Shown here: positions 27,558-35,896 of the stretch, in pieces | Position numbering within the stretch: the first letter of the stretch is position 1 | Layout of the letters: each line of letters opens with the position of its first letter | Source of the DNA: an uncultured delta proteobacterium | Lineage (GTDB): Bacteria > Desulfobacterota > Binatia > UBA9968 | Assembly (NCBI GenBank): GCA_963727625.1 | Contig: CAVSHR010000005.1 | Coordinates: forward strand, 64,001-128,000 | DNA: 64,000 nucleotides | Reading direction: 5' to 3' | Notes under the pieces: model-generated | Database searches by the model: none | Told to the model about the DNA's origin: nothing | The model's input: only the letters and a program-made list of their open reading frames with translations | Translations under genes and position numbers: made by a program

Positions 27558-29556
27558 TGCCGAGCTTTTCCATCCGCGATCGCAGGGTGCTCGGATTAAT
27601 GCCGAGCATATCCGCCGCGCCATTCTTGCCGTGAACCACCCAGCCGCACTCGTTTAACGCCAGCAAGATATGGCGGCGCTCGTTGTTTTCGAGCGTGTCG
27701 ATGAACGTGGCGCCGTGCAAGCTATCCAAGCTACGCAACAGGGATGGCTCGATCGGCACCACCGGCCCCTGGGCCAGGACCACCGAGCGCTCGATGACAT
27801 TTTGCAATTCGCGGATGTTTCCCGGCCAGCTGTAGCGGCACAAATGCTCCATCGAGCTTTGCGACACGCCGTGAATTTCCTTACCCAGGCTTTTCGCGAA
27901 CTTGCTGAGAAAAAAATTCACCAACAGCGGGATGTCCGCCGGCCGTTCGCGCAGCGCCGGCACTTCGAGAGGAAATACATTCAGGCGATAAAAGAGATCG
28001 GCGCGAAAGCCGCCGCTGCGGACCGCCTCCTGCAGATTGCGATTGGTGGCGGCGATCACGCGCACGTCGACTTTGATAGTGTGGCTGCTGCCCACCCTCT
28101 CAAACTCACCCTCTTGAAGCACGCGCAGTAATTTCACTTGGGTGTCCAGCGGCAATTCGGTGACCTCGTCGAGAAAGATCGTTCCGCCGTCGGCCAATTC
28201 AAAGCGGCCGATGCGTCGCTGGCTAGCGCCGGTGAACGCCCCCTTTTCGTGGCCGAACAGCTCGCTTTCCACCAACCCTGAAGGAATCGAGCCGCAGTTG
28301 ACTTTCACCAGGGGCCGGCTGTTACGCCGGCTGCGATCATGCAGCGCGCGCGCCAGCAGTTCCTTGCCCGTGCCGGTTTCACCGCGGATCAAAACCGTCG
28401 TGGTTGCCGGCGCGACCTGCTCGACTTTTCTCAGCAAATCGCGCAGCGGCGCGCTTTGGCCAATGATTTCTTCAAAATTATGCTCAGTCTTGAGCTCTTC
28501 CTGGAGATAAACCGCCTCGGCTTCGAATCTTGATTTCAGACCCTCCATCTCTTCGTGGGCCCTCATGTTGTCAACGGCGATGGCGATTTGCGCCGCGACC
28601 TCCATAAGAAATTCGGCGTCCGCTTCGGAATATTGCGCGCGATTCAAACTTCCCATCGTGATTGCGCCGATGCTTCGGCCGCGCACCACCAGCGGCAGAG
28701 CGCACAACGAGCGAAAACCGTGGCTATAAGCCCGTTCTTCGGAGTTCGTTACTCGCTCGGTTTCGAGATCGCGACGCAACACGTATTTTTGGCTGGTAAA
28801 AGCCAAACCGGCGGGACTGTCGTCGAGCTTCAGCTCCCGCCCCACCGGCGTGTAATCGTCGCGTTGATAGGGCCCGCCGTAAGTGACAATCAGTAACTGA
28901 TTTTGGTGGGTATCGTGCTGCGACAGAGCCAGCCGGTCGAATGGGACAATACACCTTACCGCCTCGGAGATCGCAGCCCAGAGTTCATCGCGTGCGCGCT
29001 TGGTAACTACGGCGTTGTTGATTTCGAGCAGCATGCGGCGCTGCGCCTCGCTGCGGCGCAACGACTCGTCGGCCCGGCAGCGCTCCAATTCCGACCCGGC
29101 GCGAGTGGCAAAGATGCGCAGTATCCGCACTTCCTGTTCGCCGAAGACGCGCGGTTTATCATCCATGACCACGAGATGTCCGAGAACCTTGCCGCGATAA
29201 TCGTGCAACGGCACACCCAGATAACTTTCCGCGCCAAGCGTCACCAGCGGTTTGTCCTCGGGAAACAACAATTGAAGTCGTTCCGGGTAGGCACAGATAT
29301 TTCCTTCGATGACTTTCTCGCAAGGAGTGCCGCGCAGCGCATATTCGACGTCCTGGGCAAAGCCCGCGCCATCCCAATACGCCAGCGCGCGCGCCCGCGT
29401 TTGCGCCGGCTCGATGCATTCCGCGACGAAGGTGTAACGCACTTCCAGCGCGCTCGCCAAATGTTTCGCCAACGAGCGAAAAAACTCCGAACCGGTGGCC
29501 CCGGCGATGCCTTCGGTGATGTGATAGAGCGTTTCGTCCCTGCGATGGATTTCCAT
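27541..29556 (-). CDS. Sigma54-dependent enhancer-binding protein, GAF-GAF-AAA+-HTH (FhlA-like)
   Basis: GETGTGKE, ESELFGHEKGAFTGA, FLDE, WPGNIRELQN, C-terminal LGINPSTLRSRMEKLGI. Confidence 0.95.
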   Translation of the reverse strand: MEIHRRDETLYHITEGIAGATGSEFFRSLAKHLASALEVRYTFVAECIEPAQTRARALAYWDGAGFAQDVEYALRGTPCEKVIEGNICAYPERLQLLFPEDKPLVTLGAESYLGVPLHDYRGKVLGHLVVMDDKPRVFGEQEVRILRIFATRAGSELERCRADESLRRSEAQRRMLLEINNAVVTKRARDELWAAISEAVRCIVPFDRLALSQHDTHQNQLLIVTYGGPYQRDDYTPVGRELKLDDSPAGLAFTSQKYVLRRDLETERVTNSEERAYSHGFRSLCALPLVVRGRSIGAITMGSLNRAQYSEADAEFLMEVAAQIAIAVDNMRAHEEMEGLKSRFEAEAVYLQEELKTEHNFEEIIGQSAPLRDLLRKVEQVAPATTTVLIRGETGTGKELLARALHDRSRRNSRPLVKVNCGSIPSGLVESELFGHEKGAFTGASQRRIGRFELADGGTIFLDEVTELPLDTQVKLLRVLQEGEFERVGSSHTIKVDVRVIAATNRNLQEAVRSGGFRADLFYRLNVFPLEVPALRERPADIPLLVNFFLSKFAKSLGKEIHGVSQSSMEHLCRYSWPGNIRELQNVIERSVVLAQGPVVPIEPSLLRSLDSLHGATFIDTLENNERRHILLALNECGWVVHGKNGAADMLGINPSTLRSRMEKLGIKKPA

Positions 29557-29606
29557 TCTCTGCGCCTCAGGAATTAAAAAGATCTTATCGGATAGCCAAA
29601 CATCGT

Positions 29607-29651
29607 TGCGAAATATCGCAGTTGTCGTGATATTTCGCAACGAAATATCGC
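29607..29651. promoter_or_regulatory. Upstream activator sequence: palindrome GATATTTCG-CAA-CGAAATATC plus an extra copy TGCGAAATATCGCA
   Basis: Perfect 9-bp inverted repeat at 29629-29649 between the bEBP gene and the sigma54 promoter; core ATTTCG..CGAAAT resembles FhlA-type sites. Confidence 0.7.
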
Positions 29652-29685
29652 TTCACAGCCCTCGTTGGCAAAGAATTAGTCACTT

Positions 29686-29698
29686 ATTCAACTACTTA
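29686..29698 (+). promoter_or_regulatory. IHF-like site
   Basis: ATTCAACTACTTA versus consensus WATCAANNNNTTR (1 mismatch), between the UAS and -24. Confidence 0.45.
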
Positions 29699-29704
29699 CG
29701 CTAA

Positions 29705-29720
29705 TGGCACAGACGCTGCT
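29705..29720 (+). promoter_or_regulatory. Sigma54 (-24/-12) promoter
   Basis: TGGCAC-AGACG-CTGCT, exact GG-N10-GC spacing, divergent from the bEBP. Confidence 0.85.
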
Positions 29721-29757
29721 TTATTACCCATCCGAATAGTTGATTGCGAGGAGATCA

Positions 29758-30033
29758 ATGCTGAGGATCACGGAAAATTTGGAAAACGGCAATACAATTC
29801 GGCTGAGACTCGACGGCACCATTTCGTCGGTAACTTTGGAAGATCTAACCGAGGTTTGCGATCGCCACCAACAAAGCGAGGGCCGAACCATCATCGTTGA
29901 TATGGCGGGAGTGAACTTCATGCACGATGATGCGGCACGCCAGATGGCAAAATTGCGCGGTGAGTCACTGCGCATTATCAACTGTTCCCCTTTTATCTCG
30001 ACACTCTTGGACACGGTCGGAAGGATGGATTGA
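29758..30033 (+). CDS. Small STAS-like domain protein
   Basis: MLRIT...IRLRLDG...IIVDMAGVNFMHDDA...LRIINCSPFI; GAGGAG RBS. Confidence 0.8.
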   Translation: MLRITENLENGNTIRLRLDGTISSVTLEDLTEVCDRHQQSEGRTIIVDMAGVNFMHDDAARQMAKLRGESLRIINCSPFISTLLDTVGRMD

Positions 30034-30038
30034 ATTTC

Positions 30039-30791
30039 ATGGAGACCAAAAAACCAAAATCTCTAGTCCTGCAAATGAAGAAGACGACTATGTCACTCCC
30101 ACAGACAGCGTTGGCTGTTGCGCAAACGTCAACCTACGAGGCCCGCAATGTCGGCCCGAGGGCGAATGCGGCGAGACCCGCGGCACGGCGAAAAAAATCT
30201 ATTGGCGACGATCGCCAACTCATCGAAAGGCTCCAAGCGGGCGACCATCAAGCGCTGGAAGAGATTTTCAATCTATACTCAGGAAAGCTCTATAACGTGG
30301 CGCAGCGCATCCTCGGCGAGAATGCCGACACCGAAGAAATCATCCAGGATGTTTTCTGGACGGTTTACCGCAAAGCCAAGACCTTCAAAGGCGACTCGCA
30401 ATTTTCGACTTGGCTATACCGCCTGACGGTAAACGCCGCGCTGGGTCGCATCCGGCGCAGCAAGAAGAACAAGGAAGTCGAGTACGACGAGTTTTTGCCG
30501 AAGTTTCAATCGGACGGACACCATCTCGTGCGTCCGGTGGTCGACTGGTCGGACACCCTCGACGAGAAATACGCCCAACGCGAGATCCATGCCCTGCTCG
30601 GCAAAGCCTTGAATGAATTGAAGCCGCTGGATAAAAGCGTGATCGTGCTCAGCGATCTCGAAGGACTTTCCGACAGGGAAATCGCCGATACACTTCAATT
30701 GACTGTTTCCGCGGTGAAAACCAGACTGCATCGGGCGCGCCTGTTCTTGCGCGGCAAATTGGCGGTACAACTAGGACACTCGGCAGCGTAA
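30039..30791 (+). CDS. ECF RNA polymerase sigma factor
   Basis: Region 2 (EEIIQDVF, FKGDSQFSTWLYRLTVN) and region 4 (EGLSDREIADTLQLTVSAVKTRLHRAR); N-terminal extension. Confidence 0.95.
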   Translation: METKKPKSLVLQMKKTTMSLPQTALAVAQTSTYEARNVGPRANAARPAARRKKSIGDDRQLIERLQAGDHQALEEIFNLYSGKLYNVAQRILGENADTEEIIQDVFWTVYRKAKTFKGDSQFSTWLYRLTVNAALGRIRRSKKNKEVEYDEFLPKFQSDGHHLVRPVVDWSDTLDEKYAQREIHALLGKALNELKPLDKSVIVLSDLEGLSDREIADTLQLTVSAVKTRLHRARLFLRGKLAVQLGHSAA

Positions 30792-30812
30792 TCCGAAGAA
30801 GGATACATCAAT

Positions 30813-31124
30813 ATGGCGAAACTCAAGGTGGCCGAGAAATCGCGTCTCAATGACTCTTGCAAAAATATGACGGATTTGATCTTGGATTATCTAACCGATC
30901 GACTGAGTCCGTGCCTGAAAGACGATTTCGAGCGCCATTTAAAAATGTGCCCGGATTGCGTGAATTTTTTAAAAACCTATCGCAAGACGATATCTCAGAC
31001 AGGATCGCTGAGTTCCGTGACCATTCCGGCGAAAGTGCGCAAAAACGTGCTCGCGTTCTTGCGCCGAAAAACCCATCGGATTGTCGTCCTTTTCTTTTAT
31101 TTAATCGCTCAAGTGACTGGATGA
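30813..31124 (+). CDS. Zinc-binding anti-sigma factor (zf-HC2/ZAS)
   Basis: C..DYL...FERHLKMCPDC (HxxxCxxC), directly after the ECF sigma. Confidence 0.88.
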   Translation: MAKLKVAEKSRLNDSCKNMTDLILDYLTDRLSPCLKDDFERHLKMCPDCVNFLKTYRKTISQTGSLSSVTIPAKVRKNVLAFLRRKTHRIVVLFFYLIAQVTG

Positions 31125-31154
31125 GTTGGCTTCCGGCTATAACCGGTTGGCTGC

Positions 31155-31183
31155 GTAACCTATGCTTACCGTCCCACGTCTAA
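31155..31183 (+). promoter_or_regulatory. ECF-type promoter, copy 2 (GTAACC-N16-CGTCTAA)
   Basis: AAC/CGTC ECF signature with the shared spacing. Confidence 0.7.
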
Positions 31184-31252
31184 GTGAAGTCGCTTGAGAC
31201 ATCCGTTTACGAGAAACTGGCGTAAAGTGGAAAAAAGGAAGGGAGCAGAAAC

Positions 31253-31456
31253 ATGAATACTTGGGAAGCAGTTTTTAGCCAAAGCCCGGCCAATGACGGT
31301 TACTACAACGGCGAAAAATTACCACAGGCCCATTGGGAATGGCCAAAGAGCACCTGGTTTCAGGCCCGCCTGGACCAGATTCGGGAAAACGAGCGGCCAT
31401 GGAACCCTCGAGCCGGCTTGAGACCACGAAATGCCGCTGCGTTGCGCACCATGTAG
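31253..31456 (+). CDS. Small Trp-rich hypothetical protein
   Basis: AGGAAGGGAG RBS; lies downstream of a predicted ECF promoter. Confidence 0.55.
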   Translation: MNTWEAVFSQSPANDGYYNGEKLPQAHWEWPKSTWFQARLDQIRENERPWNPRAGLRPRNAAALRTM

Positions 31457-31652
31457 TTGAGTCCGCAGTGGTTTTTGAATAGCTCGGACTTGCTCGCCGT
31501 ATATTCGCGACCTTCCTCGAGCGCTCAATGGAAAAAGCGCCGCGGGTATCTTTGCGCCCAGTCCCGAAAAAGTTTGGCGTCGCATCCTTGACACTGCTCC
31601 CAATCACCGCACGCGCACGCAGGGGATCATCCAGTCCGCTCGTAAATTTCTT

Positions 31653-31681
31653 GCAACCTAACGGCGGCGACGTACATCTAA
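31653..31681 (+). promoter_or_regulatory. ECF-type promoter, copy 3 (GCAACC-N16-CATCTAA)
   Basis: Shared motif and spacing. Confidence 0.7.
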
Positions 31682-31715
31682 TCAACACGAACAGCCAAAA
31701 TTCGGGAGGCAGATC

Positions 31716-31973
31716 ATGAGAGCTAAAACAAACGGTGCAGCCGCAGCGCCAAAGTCAAAGACCCTTCGCTTCAAAACAACGCTTTTCGATCTTTTCGCCG
31801 GGCTGATCGATGGTCAAATCAACGACGCCGCCGCGGTCGCCAGCGTCCGGCAAATCTTCGCCCACTGCGACGTGCGCCTGGCTCGAACCTTGACGCCATT
31901 AAGATTGGCGGCTTCACCCGAATCTCCGCGAATAACCCGCAACCTCTCTAAAAACGGCTTGCGGTTGGCGTGA
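31716..31973 (+). CDS. Small hypothetical protein (TTLxDL motif)
   Basis: GGAGG RBS; GTGA overlap with the next ORF. Confidence 0.65.
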   Translation: MRAKTNGAAAAPKSKTLRFKTTLFDLFAGLIDGQINDAAAVASVRQIFAHCDVRLARTLTPLRLAASPESPRITRNLSKNGLRLA

Positions 31974-32344
31974 CCCGATCTCGCCAATTCCAGGAAATGG
32001 AAGAGACGGTGCTTATTGCCATTCACCCGAATCGTCGGGCTAATAACGCGGCCAAGCCGCGGCGAGAGAGAAGCCAGCAGCGGCGAATTTACGGCCCACG
32101 CGATCTGCTGCCCGCGCATTTAACCTGCAAAGAAGAAGTCGACCTTATCAGCCACTATCTCGCCGCTGCGCTTGACAGTTCCGCTCTCCGCGCCTTTGAA
32201 AGTCATCTTTCAATCTGTCCGGACTGCGCGGCTTTTTTTCACACCTATAAAAAAACCCTCGAGCTGACCAGAGGTTTTTTGGCGCGACCGAAGCGCCAGC
32301 TCCGGCCGCTGGCACAGATCGGCAGACTCGCGAAGCAGCGCTAA
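31970..32344 (+). CDS. Second zf-HC2/ZAS anti-sigma-like protein
   Basis: LTCKE...HYL...FESHLSICPDC...TYKKT, paralogous to 30813-31124; alternative start 31997. Confidence 0.82.
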   Translation: MTRSRQFQEMEETVLIAIHPNRRANNAAKPRRERSQQRRIYGPRDLLPAHLTCKEEVDLISHYLAAALDSSALRAFESHLSICPDCAAFFHTYKKTLELTRGFLARPKRQLRPLAQIGRLAKQR

Positions 32345-32354
32345 CATTGGGAGC

Positions 32355-32383
32355 GCACCCTTTCCGAAAGTTTCCGCATCTAA
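32355..32383 (+). promoter_or_regulatory. ECF-type promoter, copy 4 (GCACCC-N16-CATCTAA)
   Basis: Shared motif and spacing. Confidence 0.62.
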
Positions 32384-32460
32384 CCAGGCAACAAGCAGTT
32401 TCACCCCATTGAGAGGAAATCTAAACGAAGTCACCCTGGGCATAATACGAGGAGAAATCC

Positions 32461-33573
32461 ATGAGAGCCATTGCCGTTACACCAGCGACCAAGCAAATCG
32501 CGATTATCGACCAGCCCGAGCCAAGCGCATCTCGACCTACCGACGTCAAGTTGCGCATGCTTGAAGCCGGAGTTTGCGGTACGGACAAAGAGATCTGCGC
32601 CTTCGAATATGGCACGCCGCCCGCGGGCAGTGATCACCTGATCATCGGCCATGAATCGCTGGGCGAAGTCGTCGAGGTAGGCCCGCAGGTCGGCAGAGTG
32701 AAAGTCGGCGATCTGGTCGTACCCATGGTACGGCGTCCCTGTCCGCATGATTATTGTATGGCTTGCACTAACGGCCGCCAGGATTTCTGTTTCACCGGCG
32801 ATTTCACCGAGCGCGGCATCAAGCAGCAGCATGGCTTTATGGCGCAATATGTCGTCGATGACGAAATTTACATGAACCCCGTGGCCCGGGAACTGCGCGA
32901 TGTGGCGGTACTGGTCGAGCCTTTGACGATTGCGGAGAAGGCTTTGATCCAAGTTTGGGACGTGCAGCAACGACTTCCCTGGAGTTGTCCGGTCTCCCCC
33001 GGCAAGGCGCACGCACACTGCCATCGCGCCGTGGTTCTCGGCGCCGGACCCGTTGGCTTATTGGGCGCCATGGCACTCGTGAACGCCGATTTCGATACCT
33101 ATGTTTATGCCCGCGAGCCGGTGCCTAATCCCAAAGCCGATGCCTTGAGGATGATCGGGGCGAAGTACATCTCGGCACAAAATCACTCCCTCGAGGATCT
33201 GGCGCAGAAAGTCGGCAACGTCGATCTCGTCTACGAGGCCACCGGCGCTTCGCGCCTCGCCTTCGCCATGATCGAAAATCTCGGCACCAACGGCATTTTT
33301 ATTTTCACCGGTGTCCCCGGGCGCAAAGGGCCGGTGGAGGTTGACACCGACCTGATGATGCGGAATTTGGTGCTCAAAAATCAGGTGATCTTCGGCACGG
33401 TCAACGCCGGCCGCGACGCCTTCGAAGCTTCGATTCGAGACCTCGCTGTATTCGCCAAGCGCTGGCCCGAAGCCGTCAGATCTCTCATTACCGGCCGCTA
33501 TCCGATGGAAGCGCACCGCGATCTGCTCACGGGAGCGGCCAGCGGCATCAAGAACGTCATCAAGCTAAACTAA
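32461..33573 (+). CDS. Glucose 1-dehydrogenase (Zn-MDR, archaeal-type family)
   Basis: GVCGTDKEI, GHESLG, VRRPC, ERGI...HGFM, VLVEPLTIAEK, GTVNA. Confidence 0.88.
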   Translation: MRAIAVTPATKQIAIIDQPEPSASRPTDVKLRMLEAGVCGTDKEICAFEYGTPPAGSDHLIIGHESLGEVVEVGPQVGRVKVGDLVVPMVRRPCPHDYCMACTNGRQDFCFTGDFTERGIKQQHGFMAQYVVDDEIYMNPVARELRDVAVLVEPLTIAEKALIQVWDVQQRLPWSCPVSPGKAHAHCHRAVVLGAGPVGLLGAMALVNADFDTYVYAREPVPNPKADALRMIGAKYISAQNHSLEDLAQKVGNVDLVYEATGASRLAFAMIENLGTNGIFIFTGVPGRKGPVEVDTDLMMRNLVLKNQVIFGTVNAGRDAFEASIRDLAVFAKRWPEAVRSLITGRYPMEAHRDLLTGAASGIKNVIKLN

Positions 33574-33924
33574 AATTTGCCGCCACCGCGGTTAGACTGC
33601 TTTGGCTTCACACCGTTCAGACTATCTAGCCCGGGCAACCGAGCTGGAAGCGATTTACAATCGAGAGGGGAAAACTGACTTAGTCTAAAATTCCCCGATT
33701 AAACCGGCCTTTTCGCTCCTGTGCAAACATGCCCGAACGAAATCCGCGCGACGGTGCGTGGGATGTTCATTTTCCAACGCATGGAACTGCCCTCGAATGA
33801 AATCCGTGCGCCAATTGAGACAGTCGGATTCCACTCCGTCTAGCGTTTGAGACTCAGCCAAACACCGCAAAATTGCGTTCGATCCTGCGCGCACCTCTTC
33901 GGGCATGGACTCCGTTGCACGGTC

Positions 33925-33953
33925 GCATCTATTTAAAACTCACCGCCATCTAA
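33925..33953 (+). promoter_or_regulatory. ECF-type promoter, copy 5 (GCATCT-N16-CATCTAA), possibly giving a leaderless aquaporin mRNA
   Basis: The -10 hexamer ends 6 nt before the ATG at 33959; no RBS. Confidence 0.5.
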
Positions 33954-33958
33954 TAGCC

Positions 33959-34804
33959 ATGATGCACGCGCTGAAGCGCCACTGGCCGGAATTTTTGATT
34001 GAAGGCACCTGCCTCGGGATGTTTATGATCTCGGCGTTTACCTTCGGCGCGATCTTCGAATATCCGGCATCGCCGATACACAACGCAATTCCCAGCCCGC
34101 TGCTCCGCCGCTTGCTGATGGGTCTTGCCATGGGTGGCACCGCGATCGCCATAATCTACTCGCCATGGGGTAAACAATCCGGCGCGCATATCAACCCATC
34201 CACAACCCTCACCTTTTTCCGCCTCGGCAAAGTGCAAAGGTGGGACGCCACTTTCTATGTCATCGCGCAATTTATGGGCGGCCTGATCGGTGCAATCATC
34301 GCGGCGACGCTACTGTCACCGTGGGTATCGGATCCCGCGGTCAATTATGTCGTAACGGCGCCCGGTAACGCCGGCGCGCCCTTGGCGTTTCTTGCAGAAA
34401 CAGCCATTACATTCATTCTGATGACGGTCATATTGCAGGTATCGAACAACTCGCGCCTGCATCAATGGACTGGACTCTGCGCCGGCATTCTGGTCGCCGC
34501 TTATATAACTTTCGAAGCGCCGCTTTCCGGCATGAGCATGAATCCCGCTCGCACCCTCGCCTCCGCCGTGCCGGCGCGCCATTGGCTCGATCTCTGGGTT
34601 TATTTTACTGCGCCGCTTCTCGGCATGCTTGCCGCAGGCGAAGTTTACCTGCGCATTAACGGCGCGGCACATCTAAGTTGCGCCAAGCTGCATCATGAAA
34701 ATAGTCAGCGCTGTATTTTTTGCGGCAAACCGGCCGGTGAAGTTCTACCTATAAAAATCCCTCTTGACACGATGACACCGAGTTGTAGTCTTAAATGCAA
34801 ATGA
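33959..34804 (+). CDS. MIP/aquaporin family channel (NPS/NPA) with a Cys/His-rich tail
   Basis: SGAHINPS, SGMSMNPART, WVYFTAP, C-terminal CAKLHH...RCIFC. Confidence 0.9.
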   Translation: MMHALKRHWPEFLIEGTCLGMFMISAFTFGAIFEYPASPIHNAIPSPLLRRLLMGLAMGGTAIAIIYSPWGKQSGAHINPSTTLTFFRLGKVQRWDATFYVIAQFMGGLIGAIIAATLLSPWVSDPAVNYVVTAPGNAGAPLAFLAETAITFILMTVILQVSNNSRLHQWTGLCAGILVAAYITFEAPLSGMSMNPARTLASAVPARHWLDLWVYFTAPLLGMLAAGEVYLRINGAAHLSCAKLHHENSQRCIFCGKPAGEVLPIKIPLDTMTPSCSLKCK

Positions 34805-35169
34805 GTTCTCTCGCGCAATCGGCTAAGCAGAACTTATTCCTACGCGGCTTCATTGCCGCTCTCGTGGTCGCAACCGCGTTTGCGACGCTCATGTCTTACC
34901 GTCATCTCGTTCCAAAGGGCATTCCCAGGCTGCTCTCCCAGGAGCATGAAGTCCGGCGCGAGCTCGCGCGCGCCGAGCGCATCAATCTTCGAACCGGTGT
35001 CATTTGCGAAGAAGGCATCGTTCGATCCGAAGCGGGGCAGCAATCCTGCACCGGCGCAATTTGTTCTGAGACTTTCGACCAGGTGGTCGGCGCCGCACCG
35101 GCAGTCTTCAGCTTTCCAACCCAGCTCGGCATGGCCGACCTAAATCGTTTCACCGTCCTGAACCTGTGA
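34801..35169 (+). CDS. Hypothetical protein with an N-terminal TM segment
   Basis: ATGA overlap with the aquaporin stop; hydrophobic segment. Confidence 0.45.
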   Translation: MSSLAQSAKQNLFLRGFIAALVVATAFATLMSYRHLVPKGIPRLLSQEHEVRRELARAERINLRTGVICEEGIVRSEAGQQSCTGAICSETFDQVVGAAPAVFSFPTQLGMADLNRFTVLNL

Positions 35170-35340
35170 TCCTTTCCGCTTAATTACCCGGCGCAATCGA
35201 GCCCGGGGGGCCTTCAGACACAATTCGCGATACTCGGCACTTCCTCATTGTAGGGGGAGGATTGGGGTCAATTCTCAATAGCGCCCCCACCAGCCGGGAG
35301 CCAAGAAAGGCTATTGAACCAGCCAAGAAGGATCATACCT

Positions 35341-35661
35341 ATGCATACGGTCAATTCACCAAAAGCGACATTTTCAGTTCTCCTCGTAGCTGCGGCCATT
35401 GCCGCCGGCGCCGCTAAAGCGACGCCCGCTAAAGGAGTGATTTCATCCACCCCGGCATCCGCCGTGGATTATTGTCACTTAGAATTTCCCGCAATCCGAC
35501 CAAGCACTCTGGGTACACCGAATCCCCGACTGAAAGAGGCGGCAAGCGGGGACATCGTGGATTACTACGGACCCTGCGACCACGATCCGCTGGGCAAGGA
35601 TGAAGTCGCGGAGCAGGAGCACGAAAATGAAGTGCGCCAGTCTCGCGACAATGGCCTTTAG
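35341..35661 (+). CDS. Small secreted protein (YCHLxFPAI...DYYGPCDHDPLG)
   Basis: Signal peptide, two Cys, AAGGA RBS. Confidence 0.75.
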   Translation: MHTVNSPKATFSVLLVAAAIAAGAAKATPAKGVISSTPASAVDYCHLEFPAIRPSTLGTPNPRLKEAASGDIVDYYGPCDHDPLGKDEVAEQEHENEVRQSRDNGL

Positions 35662-35841
35662 GCAAACAGGAGGCTCTAAGCGCTAAACCGAGGCCGCCGC
35701 GCAGGTGAGACAAATTTGCCGCGCGGCGCTCTCCCCTTGCGTCTGCCGATGAAAACGAGGGTCAACGCCGTCAAAGGTCGAATCAGAAACGCTATCGCGC
35801 GACCTTTCGCTTTGACGGCGCATCCAAGCTTTAATCCCGGC

Positions 35842-35870
35842 GCAACGGGAATTTTATCGGCCTTATCTAA
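35842..35870 (+). promoter_or_regulatory. ECF-type promoter, copy 6 (GCAACG-N16-TATCTAA)
   Basis: Shared motif and spacing. Confidence 0.65.
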
Positions 35871-35896
35871 ACTGAGAAACACTCGGAGGAAAAAGC

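Noticed and set aside
27541-29556. Naming the bEBP fhlA
   Set aside because: The architecture matches, but no formate dehydrogenase or hydrogenase genes are nearby, so orthology cannot be shown.
33815-33845. Additional ECF promoter copies (CGTCTA near 33837, 38911, and 59215 on the minus strand)
   Set aside because: No matching -35 element at 16-nt spacing.
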